Positions 17,976 to 26,757 of a DNA stretch of 46,369 bases are shown one piece after another; the first letter of the stretch is position 1, and each line of letters begins with the position of its first letter. The position numbers and the translations under genes are program-made. The notes under the pieces were generated by a model. The model was not told the DNA's origin, did not search any database, and saw only the letters and a list, made by a program, of their open reading frames with translations. The DNA lies in NCBI GenBank assembly GCA_018064365.1, contig JAGHVJ010000019.1:1-46369 (forward strand), written 5' to 3'. The DNA is from Candidatus Enterousia onthequi (GTDB lineage Bacteria; Pseudomonadota; Alphaproteobacteria; Rs-D84).

Positions 17976-20900
17976 TTGAAAACTTTATTCCGTATTTTTA
18001 ATGTAATGTTTTTTTCTGCGGCATTAGTGTTTGCTGTGGTGCCAATGGCATTTGCGGCTGGTTCTTGTCCAGGTAGTTTTTTTGATTATGAAAATAAAGA
18101 GTGGATACAAGATTATACTTGTGAAGATGTTGGGCAAAATTTGATTGGAGAAGGTTTTGACCACAATGTACTGACCGATGGTTGTTCGTGTATGTGCGAT
18201 CCATTTGATGCTGCGTTTAATCCTGTGGCGGCTAATGCTTGTATAAAAGGTGAAATTGATGCGTGTGCAGATGTTTGTATTCCACTAGATCTGCCGTGTG
18301 ATTATGGCCAACGTCCATACGTCGTGGATGGCATTGCGCAATGTGGATATTATTTTGACCCAGAGTTTGGTTTGATAGATTATTATGGTAGTCAGAGATG
18401 GCGTGAATTTTTGGATGTTAATGGAATGTCTGCGGGTTATATGTCACCGACCGGTGAACTGTTGCCTTGTGATGGTGATGGAGTAAAAGAAGCTGGGGAT
18501 GGCACAGGTCGGTGTGTTTGTGCTGATGGTGGTTGGTTCTTGATGGATGGTGGTGTTTGTGTTCAAGAATTACCAGTGGATTTGATGTTGGACCCAGAAG
18601 GGACACAAAATTATGCTAATTTGAAGCTCGATTTTTGGCATAATCCGTTTAATTTAGCGAATGAAGGTTATGGTTTGCCGGATGGTGGTGCCGGGTTGAC
18701 ACTGGACCAGATTATGGACATGGTTAATGGTCAAGGCACACAAATGTTTGATCATCATGGCGAATGGACATATACCCCGATGGGTACTGGAACACAGTAT
18801 ATTTATAAATCTATCCCGTTGGTTGGTTATCCTGTGTATTCAGGAACGTCGGCACCTGTGGTTGTTAAAGTCAATTTAGATTTTCAGGGCGGAAATTCGA
18901 GTTGGTCTGAATTTTACTATGTTTATGGTCGTACTACGCCTGGGCCTTTTTTTAATAGTAGTAGTGTGCAGACTCCTATAAACAATTCTGTTATTAACAA
19001 ACCAACTCGTACAGGATATACTTTTGGTGGATATTACACCAGCACGAATGGAAATGGACAGCAATATGTTGATGAAAATGGTGTAATTAGTAACAATTTG
19101 GTCTATTACACAAGTACTACGCCCTTGACACTGTATGCGAAATGGACCCCGAATACATATACTATTAGTTATAATTTAAATAGTGGGACGCATGGGGCGA
19201 GCCATCCAACTTCTGCAACATATGACACATCTTTTACCGTGAGTAATCCTACGCGTTCCGGATATACATTTTCTGGTTGGAAAATCACAGGGATGGATAG
19301 CGTGACACATACGTATGGCAATAGTACCACCGCATCTAATTCAATTTCTTCAACAACTGCAACAACGTTTAAGAATCTTCGTTCAACCAGTGGGACTGTC
19401 ACATTTACAGCACAATGGACACAAAACATTCCTACGTGTTATCAGATTCATTTTGATAATGCTACTAATGGCGGTAGTGGTGGTACGACTGATATTTGGT
19501 TGTATAGAAATTCGAGTAATTTGAGTGATAGCAAAAATTGTAAAATTTATAGTGATAGTGCTTGTACTAATGTGATAACCAGTATAACCCCACCAACAAA
19601 ATTGAATGGATTTTATATTGGTCAGTATTCTGTAACAGGTGTAAATGCAGAAAGTCCTTATAATGAAGGTTGGTTCGATACAGGAGGCGGTTCACATATT
19701 GCTGAAGACAGAAATTATTGTAATAACACCACTAATACCAGCGGTTATTTCAATGATTTGGATTATACATATGGTTTTCAAGGAAATCAAAGCCCAGCGA
19801 TTACTTTGCGTGCACTGTTTGAGTGTACACCGGGTTATTATAATAATTCAGACAACAGATGTTTGGCCAATACCGTTGTATTAGATTGGCAAGAAAGTGG
19901 TGGAAACAGTATTCCTGATGGTTCATGTACGTATGGTGGAAATTTGGTTTTGCCATCGGCACCGTCACGTTCAGGCTATACTTTTACAGGCTGGCGGTTA
20001 GCAGATGGAACAATGGCAAATGCTGGTACAACAATAACTGGTGGATGTGTTGTTGGTTATACTAATGCATATAATGGGACATCGGCTGCTATTACTGCGC
20101 AATGGTCTCAAGGCACCTACACCGTATCGTTTAATGCTAATGGTGGAACCGGCGGACAATCGGCAAATGTATCTGCGACATATGGTTCAGCCATGCCGAC
20201 AATCAGTACAACCGCCCCAACCCGTACTGGATACACATTTGATGGTTGGTATGACAGTGTGAGTTTGCCGTCTGGATATAAGAAATTGGAATATATTGCA
20301 AAGAACAATGCGTCGCAATATATACAGACTGATTATGTTGGAAATTTGAATTCCAGATACGAAGGTGCTGTTCTTCTTACTAATAATACTGACGCTTATG
20401 ATATAGCAAGTCGTGTTAACGCCTCTGGCAATACAAGGAATATTGCGTTTGCATGTTCTGGCAGTACTTCTTATATCGGTTATGGAACGTATATTTCTGC
20501 TGCAACGAATAGACACCAGTGTGTTTTGAATGACAGAATGGATTTTGTGACGGATTATTTAAATAGACAGTGGTCTGTGTCTATTGGTAATTCAACAAGC
20601 ACAAAACAAATGTCTTCTGATGCGATAACCAGTTTTACAAATACAGCACCGTTACAAATATTTTTTAATCGTGTGGCTGGAGCCACCAGTACCGCCAGTT
20701 ATGCTGCGCCAATAGGTACCAGAATTTATTATTTGAAAATTTATGAAAATAATAATTTAGTTCATCATTTTGTTCCCGCTAAACGCAGTAGTGATAATGC
20801 GATTGGTGTCTATGATGTTGTAGAAAATGAATTTTTGACAAATGCTATTGCAAATACAGGTTCGTTTACTGCGGGACCGGAAACAAATCTTGAAGTAAAA

Positions 20901-23285
20901 TATTATAATGCAAATGGAACCAGTGCCAAAAATTGGGATAAAACCGCAAATACAACACTGTATGCACGTTGGACTGCAAAAACATATACAGTATCATTTA
21001 ATGCCAATGGGGGAACAGGTGGACAAACAGCAGATGTAACCGCGACATATGGGGCGGCAATGCCGACATTGGGGGCAAACTCGGCTCCGACACGTACAGG
21101 ATATTATCTTGTTGGATGGTATGATAAAAGTGATTATACCGCCAGTGGTGCAATGCAGTATTATAATGCAAATGGTACAAGTGCGCACAATTGGGATAAA
21201 ACCGCAAATACTACATTATATGCAGGATGGGATGGGATAAAGTATATGATAACTTTGGATGACGAGGCTAATGGCGGAACCAGTGGTTCTGGTAGTGTAA
21301 TACAAAAATATGCGTCAAGATGGACGACGAATGACAATGCCCAGACAACGATAACAAGTGTGAATATACCCAAAAGAACAAACAGTATATTTAATGGGTA
21401 TTATAGTGCAAAAACAAATGGCACTCAGCATATCCCTGCCACTGGTGTTTTACCAGCCAACACAACATTTACAGACGATACGACATTGTATGCGCAATTT
21501 AGCAGTTGCCAATGTTCTGCGGGAACGGGGGTAGATACGTGCACAACAAGTTCTACGACTTCTAATACATGTACGGCAACCGCAACGTGTAAAGTGGGTT
21601 ATGAAGAACCGGTTGCGTCATGTACTGGGGCGAATTGTACAAGTAGTTGTACACCGCAAAAGTATACGATATCAATAAAACCTAATGGTGGAAAAATAAA
21701 TGATTCTGTGAATAATTTCGAGTTTTATGAGTTATATAATACGGAATTTAGAGATTTGACCGGTACCAATGTCCTGACGGATATTCCGGTTGCTGTGCGT
21801 GATGGATATAGTTTGACAGGATATTTTACAGCAAGCACTGGCGGCACACTTAAGATTGGGTCAGACGGACTGTTGCCGGTACCATCGACTTTTATGGGGG
21901 ATACAACACTGTATGCCCAGTGGGCGCAAGATGTTATTACTTGTACAGCTGGAAACTATTTGCCGGCGAATTCCACATCGTGCGCCACATGTCCAGCCGG
22001 ATATTATTGTCCAAACACAGGCAATTATGTACAATCTTCATCAAACCAGGGAATTGTTTCTTGTGCGTCTGGAAAAATCACAGAAACGGCTGGGTCAACC
22101 AGTGCGTCGCAGTGTAAAAGTCCTGAGTTTAGCATGACGACAACATCGCTTGCGGCAGGGACTGTGTTTTCATTTACTATGTCTGCCCAGGGTAATTTTG
22201 TGATTGATTGGGGCGATGGTAATATTCAACAAATAACCCGTACAAATACAACCGACACTACATATTCGCACACATATACAACCGCCGGGACATATACCAT
22301 CGGCCTGTCTGGTCAGGCAACGGGATATAATACCAATACAGCGATCGCAGCGATTAGTTTTAGCGGTAATACAAATATTGCAGGGATATCTGGTTCTCTG
22401 GGTGCGGTATTTGGAACATTGTCGTCTGGTACAAACAAACAACCAAGATTTTATCAAACATTTGCTAACTGTAGTAATTTAACAGGTTCAATTCCATCAG
22501 GTTTGTTTAGTGGAATATCTGGTGCACCAGTTAATCAGTTGTTTGCTTACACGTTTGCTGATTGTAGTGGTTTAACAGGTTCAATCCCAGAAAATTTATT
22601 CAGTGGTGTATCTGGGCCATTAACTAATTATTTGTTCACTGGTACGTTTATGGGATGTAGCGGTTTAACCGGATTTGTACCACAAAATTTATTTGATGGT
22701 TTTACAAAAACAAGTGCTTCTGCCCCGATGTATCATGTGTTTAATGGTACTGGACTTGCCACAGCATGTCCAGCGGGATATTATCAATATATAACTGGGT
22801 TCGAGGCTGATTTTAACAGCAAAGTGGCGTGTACACCATGTCCGACTGGATATACATCTGGTGTTGGGGCAACAGCGAACACAGGGTGTTATTTAACGGT
22901 AGATGGTGGTCAGGTAAGAGACGGAACATCGGGAACAACATTATCAACCTGTGCAGCAGGAACATATAAAACATCGCACAATGAATATTATGGAACAAGT
23001 TATAGTTGTGATACATGTCCGACGACTAATCCGTACAGTCCCGCAGGGGCGGCGGATGCTGGGGCGTGTGGACGCAAGTTGCATATTGGGGATAATGTGA
23101 TGTATTTGCGTTCTACACAAAAGACAACACCTTCGTTAAAGTTCGATTTTAACAAGGATGGTGTGGCTGATTTGTTCGGAAATATGTCAACAAGTTCGAA
23201 AAAAATGTCCAGCGGTGTGGATAAATCTTTTAAAGTCAATTATGGTGGTCAAGTGTATTACATACACGATGATACTGTGCAATAA
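17976..23285 (+). CDS. Giant mosaic secreted/surface protein (1769 aa) combining Cys-rich N-terminus, Listeria/Bacteroides (InlB B-repeat/Flg_new-type) repeats, a nested jelly-roll-like domain, a PKD-like signature, BspA-like LRRs and ephrin-receptor/VSP-like Cys modules
   Basis: TTG start preceded by the RBS GAAGGTAGGA, with signal peptide MKTLFRIFNVMFFSAALVFAVVPMAFA. It contains repeated YTVSFNANGGTGGQ...APTRTGYTF.GWY...TLYA.W units. Other signatures are IDWGDG...YSHTYTTAGTYTI, FANCSNLTGSIPSGLFSG / FADCSGLTGSIPENLFSG / FMGCSGLTGFVPQNLF, and CATCPAGYYCP / CTPCPTGY. Confidence 0.9.
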   Translation: MKTLFRIFNVMFFSAALVFAVVPMAFAAGSCPGSFFDYENKEWIQDYTCEDVGQNLIGEGFDHNVLTDGCSCMCDPFDAAFNPVAANACIKGEIDACADVCIPLDLPCDYGQRPYVVDGIAQCGYYFDPEFGLIDYYGSQRWREFLDVNGMSAGYMSPTGELLPCDGDGVKEAGDGTGRCVCADGGWFLMDGGVCVQELPVDLMLDPEGTQNYANLKLDFWHNPFNLANEGYGLPDGGAGLTLDQIMDMVNGQGTQMFDHHGEWTYTPMGTGTQYIYKSIPLVGYPVYSGTSAPVVVKVNLDFQGGNSSWSEFYYVYGRTTPGPFFNSSSVQTPINNSVINKPTRTGYTFGGYYTSTNGNGQQYVDENGVISNNLVYYTSTTPLTLYAKWTPNTYTISYNLNSGTHGASHPTSATYDTSFTVSNPTRSGYTFSGWKITGMDSVTHTYGNSTTASNSISSTTATTFKNLRSTSGTVTFTAQWTQNIPTCYQIHFDNATNGGSGGTTDIWLYRNSSNLSDSKNCKIYSDSACTNVITSITPPTKLNGFYIGQYSVTGVNAESPYNEGWFDTGGGSHIAEDRNYCNNTTNTSGYFNDLDYTYGFQGNQSPAITLRALFECTPGYYNNSDNRCLANTVVLDWQESGGNSIPDGSCTYGGNLVLPSAPSRSGYTFTGWRLADGTMANAGTTITGGCVVGYTNAYNGTSAAITAQWSQGTYTVSFNANGGTGGQSANVSATYGSAMPTISTTAPTRTGYTFDGWYDSVSLPSGYKKLEYIAKNNASQYIQTDYVGNLNSRYEGAVLLTNNTDAYDIASRVNASGNTRNIAFACSGSTSYIGYGTYISAATNRHQCVLNDRMDFVTDYLNRQWSVSIGNSTSTKQMSSDAITSFTNTAPLQIFFNRVAGATSTASYAAPIGTRIYYLKIYENNNLVHHFVPAKRSSDNAIGVYDVVENEFLTNAIANTGSFTAGPETNLEVKYYNANGTSAKNWDKTANTTLYARWTAKTYTVSFNANGGTGGQTADVTATYGAAMPTLGANSAPTRTGYYLVGWYDKSDYTASGAMQYYNANGTSAHNWDKTANTTLYAGWDGIKYMITLDDEANGGTSGSGSVIQKYASRWTTNDNAQTTITSVNIPKRTNSIFNGYYSAKTNGTQHIPATGVLPANTTFTDDTTLYAQFSSCQCSAGTGVDTCTTSSTTSNTCTATATCKVGYEEPVASCTGANCTSSCTPQKYTISIKPNGGKINDSVNNFEFYELYNTEFRDLTGTNVLTDIPVAVRDGYSLTGYFTASTGGTLKIGSDGLLPVPSTFMGDTTLYAQWAQDVITCTAGNYLPANSTSCATCPAGYYCPNTGNYVQSSSNQGIVSCASGKITETAGSTSASQCKSPEFSMTTTSLAAGTVFSFTMSAQGNFVIDWGDGNIQQITRTNTTDTTYSHTYTTAGTYTIGLSGQATGYNTNTAIAAISFSGNTNIAGISGSLGAVFGTLSSGTNKQPRFYQTFANCSNLTGSIPSGLFSGISGAPVNQLFAYTFADCSGLTGSIPENLFSGVSGPLTNYLFTGTFMGCSGLTGFVPQNLFDGFTKTSASAPMYHVFNGTGLATACPAGYYQYITGFEADFNSKVACTPCPTGYTSGVGATANTGCYLTVDGGQVRDGTSGTTLSTCAAGTYKTSHNEYYGTSYSCDTCPTTNPYSPAGAADAGACGRKLHIGDNVMYLRSTQKTTPSLKFDFNKDGVADLFGNMSTSSKKMSSGVDKSFKVNYGGQVYYIHDDTVQ

Positions 23286-23307
23286 AATCATTTGGACAAA
23301 ATAAAAA

Positions 23308-23337
23308 TACGCTCGATTTATGGGCGTACTTTTTTTA
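23308..23337. terminator. Putative bidirectional terminator (giant gene on plus, rnpB on minus)
   Basis: A 7-bp stem tacgctc/gggcgta with a 7-nt loop, followed by cttttttt. An A-run upstream provides a U-run on the other strand. Confidence 0.5.
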
Positions 23338-23371
23338 TAAAAAAAGTATCAAAATGATGCGGTAATGTCCG

Positions 23372-23730
23372 ATTTCCCCCAGGTCAGATATATAAGCCGG
23401 ATTCTGTACTGCCATTTTTATGTTGTTGTGTCGGACATACACGAACATTATTTATGGTAGCAAGCATAATTAGTCTGCATAATGTGTTGCCACAAAATGT
23501 CAAGCCCCCTACCCGTTATCCATAGCCCTGGGACTGGGCGGAAAACCTTTATGGGGTTGCTGCACATAGAGATTGCTCGTTTCACTCTGAATTTAATCAG
23601 CTCGTCTCTGTAGCTCTAATCGTCGGATTGCTCCGCACGGCCGTTAGCCGCTATGCGTCCCAATGCAGTCCGGACTTTCCTCCGCTATAATATTATAACG
23701 GCTATGCTTCATCTGCCTGGAAAGGAATCT
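23372..23730 (-). ncRNA. rnpB: RNase P RNA (bacterial type A), about 360 nt; ends approximate
   Basis: The reverse complement contains the universally conserved P4 strands GGAGGAAAGTCCGGAC (23668..23685) and ACAGAATCCGGCTTAT (23392..23407). It also has AGAGTGAAACGAGC (J11/12-like) and CGGGTAGGGGGCTTGA. The 5' and 3' termini can pair as P1 (ccaggcaga / tctgacctgg). Confidence 0.9.
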
Positions 23731-23735
23731 GAAAT

Positions 23736-23763
23736 ATTATATTTTACTATATTGAAAAATCAA
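23736..23763 (-). promoter_or_regulatory. Putative rnpB promoter
   Basis: On the minus strand: TTGATT (23763..23758), a 16-nt spacer, then TATAAT (23741..23736), about 6-8 nt upstream of the predicted RNA 5' end. Confidence 0.4.
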
Positions 23764-23767
23764 CAAT

Positions 23768-23992
23768 TTATTTCTTTGCGTTCGCGCCCATGTGACGTGC
23801 AGATTTTAATGCACTTTGCAAAGCACGCATCGCAATTTCACGAATTTTAGGCGCAAATGCACGCATATTCATATTATCTGCGACAGTATCCCCAATCAAT
23901 GTAGCGATATATTCCATCTGGGTTGGTGCAATGGTGTAAATTTCACTGGTTATTTCGGTCGTTTTTAATTGTGTGACAGGTTGTTCGTGCAT
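23768..23992 (-). CDS. Hypothetical small protein (74 aa)
   Basis: RBS AAGGTAGGA upstream of the ATG, with a basic helical C-terminus. I recognise no family, so the coding status is uncertain. Confidence 0.45.
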   Translation of the reverse strand: MHEQPVTQLKTTEITSEIYTIAPTQMEYIATLIGDTVADNMNMRAFAPKIREIAMRALQSALKSARHMGANAKK

Positions 23993-24071
23993 AAAATCCT
24001 ACCTTTTTTTAATAAAAATATTGTCGTTTGGACTTGTTTGTGTCTTTATTTGGATTATATCATAAAGTGGC

Positions 24072-24100
24072 TTGACCGCAAAATATAAAATTGCTATAAA
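24072..24100 (+). promoter_or_regulatory. Putative sigma70 promoter for secA
   Basis: TTGACC, a 17-nt spacer, then TATAAA, 27 nt upstream of the secA ATG. Confidence 0.35.
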
Positions 24101-24127
24101 TACGGTGATAAAAAATAAGGAAAAGGT

Positions 24128-26731
24128 ATGAATATCGTTAAAATGTTGTTGGGTTCTGCAAATGACAGAATTGTAAAGTCTTATGATAAAACTGTATCAT
24201 TGATAAATGATTTAGAACCAAAGTATCACGCAATGAGTGATGATGAATTACGCACTCAGACAGATGTGTTGCGTCAGCGGTTGGCAAATGGCGAAAAAGA
24301 AAAGTCTGTGTTGCCTGATGCGTTCGCCGTTGTGCGCGAGGCTGCGATACGTTCTATTGGATTGCGTCATTTTAATGTCCAATTGATTGGTGGTATGGTG
24401 TTATCTAATGGTCAAATTGCAGAAATGAAAACCGGTGAAGGTAAAACTTTGGTTGCAACATTGGCTTTGTATTTAAAGGCTTTGCATGGTCGTGGCGCAC
24501 ATTTGATTACTGTGAACGATTATTTGGCTTCGCGTGATGCACAATGGATGGGTCAGGTTTATAAATTCTTGGGACTGTCTATTGGTATTATTCAGCATGA
24601 TATGTCTGATGAAGAACGTCGTGCTGCATACGCGTGTGATATTACTTATGTGACGAATTCCGAGTTAGGATTTGATTATCTGCGTGATAATATGAAATTC
24701 TTTAAAGAACAACAGGTTTTGCGGCCGTTATTTTATGCTATTGTTGACGAAGTCGATAGTATTTTAATTGACGAGGCTCGTACTCCGTTGATTATATCGG
24801 GGCCGTCCGAAGATGTTAGTGATTTATACAACAAAGTTGATGCGGTTGTTGCGCAATTTTCAGAATCTGATTTCAAGAAAGACGAAAAAGACAGACATGT
24901 GACATTGACTGAAAGCGGGGTTGATACGGCAACCAGGTTATTAAAAGACGCGGGGTTATTGGTTGGTGATAATTTGTATGCATCTGAAAATGCTGCGTTA
25001 GTTATGCATATTCAACAAGCGTTGTTGGCGCATCATCTGTATCAGAAAAATGTGAATTATGTTGTTCGCTCTGGCGAGATTTTGATTGTTGATGAATTTA
25101 CAGGACGTGTGATGACTGGGCGTCGTTTTGGTCGTGGATTGCATCAGGCGATTGAGGCCAAAGAACATGTGACTGTGCAACCAGAAAATCAAACTGTATC
25201 CAGTATTTCTTATCAGAATTTATTCCGTTTGTATGAAACATTGGCTGGTATGACGGGAACCGCTATGACCGAAGCGGCAGAATTCGAAGAAATTTATAAA
25301 TTGCGTGTGGTTTCTATTCCGACAAATCGTCCGGTTGCTCGCGTTGACCATCATGATGAAATCTATCGTAACAAGGCCGAAAAATACGATGCTATTTTAA
25401 AACAAATTACAGATTGTATGAATCGGAAACAGCCGGTTTTGGTTGGAACGGTATCTATTGAAAAATCAGAAGAATTGGCAGAGTTGGTTCGCAAAAAATT
25501 AAATATAAATCCGGCAGTCTTAAATGCAAAACAACACGAGTCCGAGGCCAAAATCGTCGCCCAGGCTGGCGCCCCAGGGGCCGTCACAATTGCAACAAAT
25601 ATGGCTGGGCGTGGAACAGATATTAAATTGGGTGGTAATGCAGAAGAACTGATTGCGGCATTAGATGAAACGGCACCTGATTTTGAAAAACGCAAGCAAG
25701 AAATTTATGACGAAATTGAAAAGAATAAAAAGTTGGTTTTGGATGCTGGTGGTTTGTATGTTATCGGCACAGAACGTCATGAATCACGTCGTATAGACAA
25801 CCAGTTGCGCGGTCGTTCTGGACGGCAAGGCGATCCGGGTGATTCTAAATTCTTTTTGGCATTGGACGATGATTTGATGCGTATTTTTGGTGCGTCAAGA
25901 TTGGATGGTATGCTGACAACATTGGGGTTAAAGACTGGCGAGGCTATTACACACCCATGGATTACCAAGGCATTAGAAAAAGCACAAAAACGTGTCGAGG
26001 CCCGGTATTTCGAAGCACGTAAAGAATTGCTAAAATACGACGATGTTATGAATGAACAGCGTGGTGTTATTTATAAACAACGCAACGATTTAATGACATC
26101 CAAAGATTTGTCTCCGTTGGCGCATGAATTGATTGGTGATGTTGTTGAAATGATTTGTGAAAACAATATTGCTGAAAAATCTCATCCGGCTGATTGGAAT
26201 ACGACTGGAATTCACGATAGTATGCTGCGTGTGTTTGCGTTGGATATTACCGATATAGAAAACTGGAAAACAGACGAGGAAATTACCGAACGCAAAGCAT
26301 ACGAATCTCTGTATAATTTGGCAATTCGTCGTTATAATCAACAGACCGAAAAATATGGTATCGAATTGATGCAAATGGCAACTCGGCAAATGATGTTGGG
26401 CGCGTTGGATACTGTGTGGAAACGACATTTACAGCAGATGGATTATTTACAGATGTCTATTGGGTTGCGTGGATACGCCCAGAAAAACCCGTTGTATGAA
26501 TACAAGCGCGAAGCATTGGAATTATTCCGTAATACAATAAATAATTTCAAAATTATGTCTGTGTCTTATATTTGCCGTATGGAACTGACTCGGGATGATG
26601 TGAATAAAACAAATGCAGAACGTGCCGCGCATGATGAGGCGTTAAATGGTGAAGCAAATATTCATCGTAATTCGCCCTGCCCGTGTGGTTCTGGATTAAA
26701 ATATAAAAACTGTCATGGCAAATTACATTAA
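24128..26731 (+). CDS. secA: Preprotein translocase ATPase SecA
   Basis: MKTGEGKTLVATL (Walker A), DEVDSILIDEARTPLIISG, TNMAGRGTDIKLGG, and the C-terminal zinc-binding CPCGSGLKYKNCHG. Confidence 0.97.
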   Translation: MNIVKMLLGSANDRIVKSYDKTVSLINDLEPKYHAMSDDELRTQTDVLRQRLANGEKEKSVLPDAFAVVREAAIRSIGLRHFNVQLIGGMVLSNGQIAEMKTGEGKTLVATLALYLKALHGRGAHLITVNDYLASRDAQWMGQVYKFLGLSIGIIQHDMSDEERRAAYACDITYVTNSELGFDYLRDNMKFFKEQQVLRPLFYAIVDEVDSILIDEARTPLIISGPSEDVSDLYNKVDAVVAQFSESDFKKDEKDRHVTLTESGVDTATRLLKDAGLLVGDNLYASENAALVMHIQQALLAHHLYQKNVNYVVRSGEILIVDEFTGRVMTGRRFGRGLHQAIEAKEHVTVQPENQTVSSISYQNLFRLYETLAGMTGTAMTEAAEFEEIYKLRVVSIPTNRPVARVDHHDEIYRNKAEKYDAILKQITDCMNRKQPVLVGTVSIEKSEELAELVRKKLNINPAVLNAKQHESEAKIVAQAGAPGAVTIATNMAGRGTDIKLGGNAEELIAALDETAPDFEKRKQEIYDEIEKNKKLVLDAGGLYVIGTERHESRRIDNQLRGRSGRQGDPGDSKFFLALDDDLMRIFGASRLDGMLTTLGLKTGEAITHPWITKALEKAQKRVEARYFEARKELLKYDDVMNEQRGVIYKQRNDLMTSKDLSPLAHELIGDVVEMICENNIAEKSHPADWNTTGIHDSMLRVFALDITDIENWKTDEEITERKAYESLYNLAIRRYNQQTEKYGIELMQMATRQMMLGALDTVWKRHLQQMDYLQMSIGLRGYAQKNPLYEYKREALELFRNTINNFKIMSVSYICRMELTRDDVNKTNAERAAHDEALNGEANIHRNSPCPCGSGLKYKNCHGKLH

Positions 26732-26757
26732 AGCATAGCAAGGCTCAAAGGAAGGAA

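Noticed and set aside
17976-23285. Classifying the giant protein or the fibre proteins as autotransporters, RTX/T1SS substrates or polymorphic toxins
   Set aside because: I could not recognise a C-terminal beta-barrel-like alternating pattern ending in an aromatic residue. There are no GGxGxD nonapeptide repeats, no recognisable toxin or immunity pair, and no adjacent transporter genes.
23653-23850. Track ORF 23653..23850 (+), 65 aa
   Set aside because: It lies antisense across the 5' part of RNase P RNA and its promoter. The open frame is explained by the RNA gene.
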